A stretch of 64,000 nucleotides of DNA from Bacteroidia bacterium (GTDB taxonomy: Bacteria; Bacteroidota; Bacteroidia; AKYH767-A; 2013-40CM-41-45). Every line of letters begins with the position of its first letter. Positions within the stretch are counted from its first letter, which is position 1. Positions 58,675-64,000 of this stretch are shown piece after piece. The DNA lies in NCBI GenBank assembly GCA_038206355.1, contig JBBRAY010000001.1:18384-82383 (forward strand), in the 5' to 3' direction. Below the pieces are notes generated by a model. The model was not told the origin of the DNA. It worked only from the letters and a program-made list of their open reading frames with translations, and searched no databases. The translations under genes were made by a program, and so were the position numbers.

Positions 58675-59571
58675 TTAAAAAAACAAAGGTGTACTACCAG
58701 TCTGCTCTGCATGAAATGCAAGGAGCGGAATATGGGAATGATAAGACATTTTTTTTGTGGTACTCCGACCTGTAAGTTTTTCAAACAAGTTGCGGCGCCG
58801 TGCTGATACCGAAATAATATCCACATTATTATCAACTGCAAAATCGCTGATTGCCTGCTCAATATTTTTTCCGTCAAGGAGATTGAAATAAAATTTATCG
58901 TAAGTGATGCTCGTCACGACCTGACTTTTAAAGTCTTCGAAGTGTTTGTTTTCAGTGCGTGCATTGTGCGGGTCTTCCACGTGAACAATAATTATTTCAG
59001 GATTCCAGGGCTTGAAAATTTCCGTCAACAGAAATATGGACTGAAAGTCATTGTCGGCATAGTTCGTTGCAAAAAGAATTTTCTTTATGTCTTTCACCCG
59101 TGCATCAGGTGGTATTGCCAATACAGGACATTTGGCTTTGGCAATGACTTCGGCAGTGTTACTTCCAATAAATATCTCTTCCAGTCCATGGGCACCTTTA
59201 GTCCCCATTACAATCAGGTCAGATTTTTTCAGCTGACAAAAATTAATTATTTCTTCGACAGCAAAACCCACTGAAGAAGATGTTTCAATTTCAACAGGGT
59301 ATTGTTTGCTCCGCAGGTTATTCTTTAGTTTCTCGAGTTTGCTATTTGATTCTTTGACGAGCTGAGAATCGGGTATTTCCAATACCGTCTCATTGATGGC
59401 AATTACAGGAAACTTTATCGAATGAAACAATACCAGCTTGCTCCTCAGCTTAGCGGCCAATAATGCAGCATAATTTAGCGCATGCGACGCATTATCAGAA
59501 AAATCCGTCGGCACAAGTATCTTCCTTAAAGGATTGAATTTAAACTCTTTCATCATGAATAATTTATTCAA
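58675..59571 (-). CDS. universal stress protein, tandem Usp domains
   Basis: 298 aa with two Usp units (KILVPTDFSDNASHAL...MGTKGAHGLEEIFIGSNT and KILFATNYADND...). The start may be one of the Mets at codons 6-7. Confidence 0.85.
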   Translation of the reverse strand: MNKLFMMKEFKFNPLRKILVPTDFSDNASHALNYAALLAAKLRSKLVLFHSIKFPVIAINETVLEIPDSQLVKESNSKLEKLKNNLRSKQYPVEIETSSSVGFAVEEIINFCQLKKSDLIVMGTKGAHGLEEIFIGSNTAEVIAKAKCPVLAIPPDARVKDIKKILFATNYADNDFQSIFLLTEIFKPWNPEIIIVHVEDPHNARTENKHFEDFKSQVVTSITYDKFYFNLLDGKNIEQAISDFAVDNNVDIISVSARRRNLFEKLTGRSTTKKMSYHSHIPLLAFHAEQTGSTPLFF

Positions 59572-59736
59572 AAATATTCATCACAAGCCTACCGCAAGAT
59601 GATTTTTGTCATACCAGGACGTGATATTCATCAATCAGATTTTTTTTATTAAAGATAGCTTTGCATGATATTAATCAGCTATAAAAATCATCTTTGAAAA
59701 ATAATTCGGTTATTTTGCACTTCAATCCCCTCACTC

Positions 59737-61632
59737 ATGCATAGGCCAATATTATTTCTGGGAATTATACTAACCATACTGATTTTTATCAGCGACATTT
59801 TTCTTCCCGCCAAACTGCACCTGGAATTTATTTACGCCCTCGTTATTCTGCTCTCTATCTGGACGCCGGGTAACAGGAGCACTTTTGATGCGGGAATTGT
59901 TATGTCGGCCCTCATCGTCATAGGATACTACCTCAACGACCATAAAGGAATTGGTGACAATGAAATTTCCACCATTGTCATACCGGCATTGTCGGTTTGG
60001 GCATTTGTATATATAATCGTCCGGTTCAAAATGGAACAGGAAAAGTCAAAAGTGAGCGACGAACACCTCAACGCCATGTTCATCAATGCTACGGAAGGAA
60101 TGATCATCAGCAATGTGAAGGGAGTAATCGTAATGGCAAACCCACACTCCGAAAAAATGTTTGGATATGAAAAAGGGCAAGTGAAAGGCATGACCATTGA
60201 ACAACTCGTCCCTTCGAGATATTCTGCAAAACATGTCCATCACCGCAATAAGTATTATGGAGAAATGAAAACCAGACCAATGGGAAAGGGAATGTCTCTC
60301 TTTGCTCAGCGTAAAGATGCTACTGAATTTCCTGTGGAGATAAGCCTGAGTAATTTTCAGATCAAAGACGAACAATTTATCATCAGTTTTATCATTGATA
60401 TTACAGAAAGAAAAAAACAGGAAGAACTTGTAATCAAAGCCAATACTGAGCTTGAAGTCCGGGTGGATGAAAGGACGAAGGAATTGGCGATGGCAAATGA
60501 AAACCTTAAAACGGAAATGGACGAACGCTCGCGCATGGAGGAAGCACTTCGTGACAGCGAGCGGCTGTACAATACCATGGCACATAATTTTCCCAATGGA
60601 TGGATAGAAATTGTTGACGCCAATCTGAGGCGCGTATTTTTTGACGGAAAAGAATTACAGGAACTGGGAATTGACAGACATGAATTTCTTGGAAAATCAA
60701 AACTGGAAAAAACACTACTGCCTGTTACAGATGAAATAAAAGAAAAACTCGCCAAAGTCTTTGAATGGCAAAGCGCTAATTTTGACGTGGAGTTGATGTC
60801 GAGAATTTACGAGGTGAATGCAGTGCCCTTGCCCGACATGAAAGGAATTGTAAAGGAAATATTACTCGTTGTGCAAAACGTCACTGACGTGAGAAGGGCA
60901 GATTATGAAACCCGTGAAGCGCTGAATAAAGAAAAACAGCTCAATGACCTCAAATCGAAATTCGTTTCCATTGCATCCCATGAATTCCGGACACCACTGA
61001 GTACAATACTTTCATCGGTCACGCTTGCAGAAAAGTATTCCGCAACAAGCGATGAGGAAAAACGTGCAAAACATTTTGAACGGATCAAATCATCAGTAAA
61101 AAATCTTACCGAAATCCTCAACGATTTTCTTTCTCTCGAAAAACTTGAAGCCGGAAAAATTGAGTGCAGTCCTGATGAGTTCGACATTGTAGTTTTTGCC
61201 GAAGACATTAAAGAACAAATGCAGACGCTTACTAAACCCGGACAGCAGATCATTTATTTGCATCAGGGTAGTGTAAACGTGGTGACGCTCGACAAACAAC
61301 TGTTGCGCAACATTTGTATCAACCTCATCGGCAATGCCATCAAATATTCTCCCGAAGGAAAAGTCATCGAGTTTACAACCGGTGTAAACGGTGAAATAAA
61401 AATTTCAGTGAAAGACCAGGGAATAGGAATTCCTGAAAGTGACAAGCAGCACTTGTTTGAACGATTCTTCCGTGCCCGGAATGTAACAGCAATCCAGGGA
61501 ACCGGCCTGGGACTAAATATTGTGAACCGCTACATCAAACTTATGAATGGAAAAATGGAATTTACCAGCACAGAAAATGTTGGCAGTGAGTTCATCGTGA
61601 AATTTAACAACCTGAATGCTCAGGGGATATAA
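59737..61632 (+). CDS. membrane-anchored PAS sensor histidine kinase (HisKA/HATPase_c)
   Basis: 631 aa with about 4 N-terminal TM helices, a PAS domain, an H-box (FVSIASHEFRTPL), an N-box (LIGNAIKYSP) and G-boxes (DQGIGI, GTGLGL). Confidence 0.9.
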   Translation: MHRPILFLGIILTILIFISDIFLPAKLHLEFIYALVILLSIWTPGNRSTFDAGIVMSALIVIGYYLNDHKGIGDNEISTIVIPALSVWAFVYIIVRFKMEQEKSKVSDEHLNAMFINATEGMIISNVKGVIVMANPHSEKMFGYEKGQVKGMTIEQLVPSRYSAKHVHHRNKYYGEMKTRPMGKGMSLFAQRKDATEFPVEISLSNFQIKDEQFIISFIIDITERKKQEELVIKANTELEVRVDERTKELAMANENLKTEMDERSRMEEALRDSERLYNTMAHNFPNGWIEIVDANLRRVFFDGKELQELGIDRHEFLGKSKLEKTLLPVTDEIKEKLAKVFEWQSANFDVELMSRIYEVNAVPLPDMKGIVKEILLVVQNVTDVRRADYETREALNKEKQLNDLKSKFVSIASHEFRTPLSTILSSVTLAEKYSATSDEEKRAKHFERIKSSVKNLTEILNDFLSLEKLEAGKIECSPDEFDIVVFAEDIKEQMQTLTKPGQQIIYLHQGSVNVVTLDKQLLRNICINLIGNAIKYSPEGKVIEFTTGVNGEIKISVKDQGIGIPESDKQHLFERFFRARNVTAIQGTGLGLNIVNRYIKLMNGKMEFTSTENVGSEFIVKFNNLNAQGI

Positions 61633-61649
61633 CTTCTAATAACCAGATT

Positions 61650-62693
61650 ATGAAAACCATTCTTCTAATTGAAGACAACAAGGACATTAGAGAGAATATT
61701 GCAGAAATTCTTGAACTTGCCAGCTATCGCGTGATCTCTGCTCCAAATGGAAAAGTAGGAGTTGAACTTGCAGCCAAAGAAATTCCTGACCTTATTCTCT
61801 GTGACATCATGATGCCTGAACTCGACGGCTACGGCGTACTGTATATGCTTTCGAAAAAACCTGAAACCTCCGGAATACCTTTTATTTTCCTTACCGCTAA
61901 AACTGAAAAGACTGACATCAGGAAAGGGATGAGTATGGGCGCCGATGACTACCTCACGAAACCCTTTGAGGAAATGGAATTGCTCAATGCCATTGAAGTC
62001 CGCCTGAAAAAAAGCGAATCATTCAAAAAAGAATTTTCAAAAAATGTAGAAGGGCTGAATGAATTCCTTAACCAGGCAAAGGGGTTCGATGAAATGAATA
62101 AGCTTTCCAATGACCGCAGGATGCACCAGTTCAAAAAGAAAGAAGTGGTTTACATGGAAGGCGATGAACCGACTTCTCTTGTATTCATCAACAAAGGTCA
62201 GGTCAAAACATTTAAAACAAATGAACAGGGTAAAGAACTGATTACCGGCCTTCACAAAGAAGGTGAATTCATTGGCTATACCGATCTCATCGAGGGTACT
62301 GAATTCCGTGAAAGTGCTGAAGCGATGGAGAATGCAGAAGTGTGCTTCATTCCCAAACAGGATTTTTTCTCTTTGATTTATTCCAACAGAGATGTAGCCG
62401 CTCGTTTCATCAAAATGCTGTCGAACAATTTAAATGAAATGGAAGTACGCCTGCTCAATCTTGCTTACAACTCAGTGCGGAAGCGCGTTGCAGAAGCACT
62501 GCTTACCATTCAGAAACGAAATAATAAAAATAATTTCGCCATCAGTCGTGAGGATCTCGCCAGCATGGTGGGAACAGCAACTGAAAGTGTAATACGGACA
62601 CTGAGTGATTTCAAAGATGAAAAACTGATTGACATCAAAGACAAACAAATTGAATTATTAAATCCGGCGAAATTGTCTTCGTTGAAAAATTAA
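61650..62693 (+). CDS. response regulator fused to a cNMP-binding domain and a Crp/Fnr-type HTH
   Basis: 347 aa. The REC part has ILLIEDNKD, DLILCDIMMPELDG and TKPF. The Crp-like effector domain (FKKKEVVYMEGDEPTSLVFINKGQVK) and HTH (ISREDLASMVGTATESVIRTLSDFK) follow. Confidence 0.85.
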   Translation: MKTILLIEDNKDIRENIAEILELASYRVISAPNGKVGVELAAKEIPDLILCDIMMPELDGYGVLYMLSKKPETSGIPFIFLTAKTEKTDIRKGMSMGADDYLTKPFEEMELLNAIEVRLKKSESFKKEFSKNVEGLNEFLNQAKGFDEMNKLSNDRRMHQFKKKEVVYMEGDEPTSLVFINKGQVKTFKTNEQGKELITGLHKEGEFIGYTDLIEGTEFRESAEAMENAEVCFIPKQDFFSLIYSNRDVAARFIKMLSNNLNEMEVRLLNLAYNSVRKRVAEALLTIQKRNNKNNFAISREDLASMVGTATESVIRTLSDFKDEKLIDIKDKQIELLNPAKLSSLKN

Positions 62694-63108
62694 ACCTGCG
62701 CAGAATGCACCTCACCCTGAAAAAGGCGGGAAATAGAATCACAAATTGCCACAGATGTGGTAACTGACGCTGCTTTGTTGCCCGTTGCTGCTAAACCTTG
62801 CTGCGCGCCTGCATCCTGTGACATAGCAATCACGGAAATCTAAAATGCCGGCAGACTAAAAATATTTTTTTTCATTGGAATAACATTTTATGATGTCTTA
62901 ATATGAGTGCATCTGGTTACAGCCATCAGGACTTTGCTTACTGAACCGAGCTACTAAAATTATTAAAATTCAAATCACAAATGACTAATATTACAATTAA
63001 TGTAACAACTTAGTGTATTACCGGAATAATTCAGGGAAAGGAATAATCCTGTACAAATTGTCAGTACATTACTGATGGTACAAAAATGGAAGATATCAAA
63101 TCACAATT

Positions 63109-64000
63109 ATGGAGTACAAAGACTATTATAAAATCCTTGGCGTTAACAAGAAAGCAAGTCAGGACGAAATAAAAAAAGCATTTCGCAAACTGGCTGTGAA
63201 ATATCACCCCGATAAAACAAAGGGCGATAAAGCATCTGAAGAAAAATTCAAGGAAGCCAATGAGGCCAATGAGGTGCTGGGCAATCCTGAGAAAAGAAAG
63301 AAATATGACGATCTTGGACAAAACTGGAATCAGTTCCGGCCTTCAGAAGAACAGGCGGGCAGACAGAGCCGTTCGTATCAGGGTCAACAGGGATACGGTT
63401 TTGGCGGAGAGGATTTTTCTGATTTCTTCGAACAGTTTTTCAGAAGTTCATCCGGTGGACAGCAATTTTCACGAAGTGAATTTCAGAGTCCGGGTCACGA
63501 CCTTCGCCTCGATATAGACATTACGCTGGATGAAGCATACCATGGTACAACCAGACAATTCGTAGTGGACGGGGAAACGCTGCAGATAAAACTGAAGCCC
63601 GGAATGTATGACGGACAGCAGATAAAGATCAAAGGTAAAGGCGGCAAAGGCAGAGGAAACGGTGCGAGGGGCGACATCTACGGATTCGTTCACATACAGA
63701 AACACCGGCGATATACAGTAAGCAAAAATGATTTGCATTGCGTAGTAGATGTTGACTTGTACACGGCTTTACTCGGAGGAAAAACAACAGTGGAAACGCT
63801 GAAGGGCAAGATCAGTATGAATATTACGGCAGAAACAGAAAACGGAAAAGTGTTGCGCATGAAAAATATGGGTATGCCTTTTTACAATGAGCCGGGAAAA
63901 TTCGGTGACCTGTATGCAAAAGTCAACATCATCATGCCCAAAAACCTCTCAGAAAAAGAAACAGAATTATTCAAACAACTTTCAGAAATCAGAAATAAAA
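63109..64000 (+). CDS. J-domain chaperone of the DnaJ/CbpA type (3' end outside window)
   Basis: Not in the ORF track because it has no stop within the window. [36 protein letters not shown] is a canonical J domain, followed by a G/F-rich linker and C-terminal substrate-binding repeats with no CxxCxGxG zinc finger. Confidence 0.88.
   Translation, partial: MEYKDYYKILGVNKKASQDEIKKAFRKLAVKYHPDKTKGDKASEEKFKEANEANEVLGNPEKRKKYDDLGQNWNQFRPSEEQAGRQSRSYQGQQGYGFGGEDFSDFFEQFFRSSSGGQQFSRSEFQSPGHDLRLDIDITLDEAYHGTTRQFVVDGETLQIKLKPGMYDGQQIKIKGKGGKGRGNGARGDIYGFVHIQKHRRYTVSKNDLHCVVDVDLYTALLGGKTTVETLKGKISMNITAETENGKVLRMKNMGMPFYNEPGKFGDLYAKVNIIMPKNLSEKETELFKQLSEIRNK

Overview
This is a chromosomal segment of a Bacteroidota-type genome. 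The phylum call rests on six proteins ending in T9SS type-A sorting domains, perfect TAnnTTTG -7 boxes 16-61 nt upstream of many starts, no Shine-Dalgarno signals, and AT-rich sequence by eye. There are about 50 genes, mostly housekeeping: UvrD/PcrA-type helicase, cdsA, recX, RNase G/E, HU, LolC/E-type permease, aspS, tadA, mutL, msrA, YifB/ComM ATPase and a J-domain protein. Interspersed are large secreted T9SS cargo proteins, two Na+/H+-type antiporters, a KirBac-like K+ channel and a signalling-rich stretch at 52-62.7 kb (2 PAS histidine kinases, a NarL-type regulator, 2 lone receivers, SulP, tandem Usp and a REC-cNMP-HTH fusion). Mobile DNA consists of one apparently intact IS630-family element (about 8349-9576) whose transposase needs a -1 frameshift on an A8 run, plus a 2.4-kb AT-rich islet (45.9-48.3 kb) of IS debris. 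The debris includes an IS21 istB tail with terminal repeats, a solo IS630-like end, a very weak IS110-like N-terminus and two paralogous structured non-coding elements. I found no CRISPR array, tRNA or rRNA gene, reverse transcriptase, or recognisable defence or toxin module, and no convincing new multi-gene system. The observations most worth follow-up are: (1) single in-frame stop codons in mutL and in a T9SS gene whose flanking frames are otherwise intact; (2) long nested-hairpin elements sharing an AGATTCCTC-N10-GAATGACAGG module; (3) the structured element pair in the IS islet; (4) a GC-rich palindrome apparently inserted in frame in aspS; (5) a 29-codon bS22-like basic micro-ORF missed by the ORF track. 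All protein calls come from motif recognition and memory, and no database search was run.
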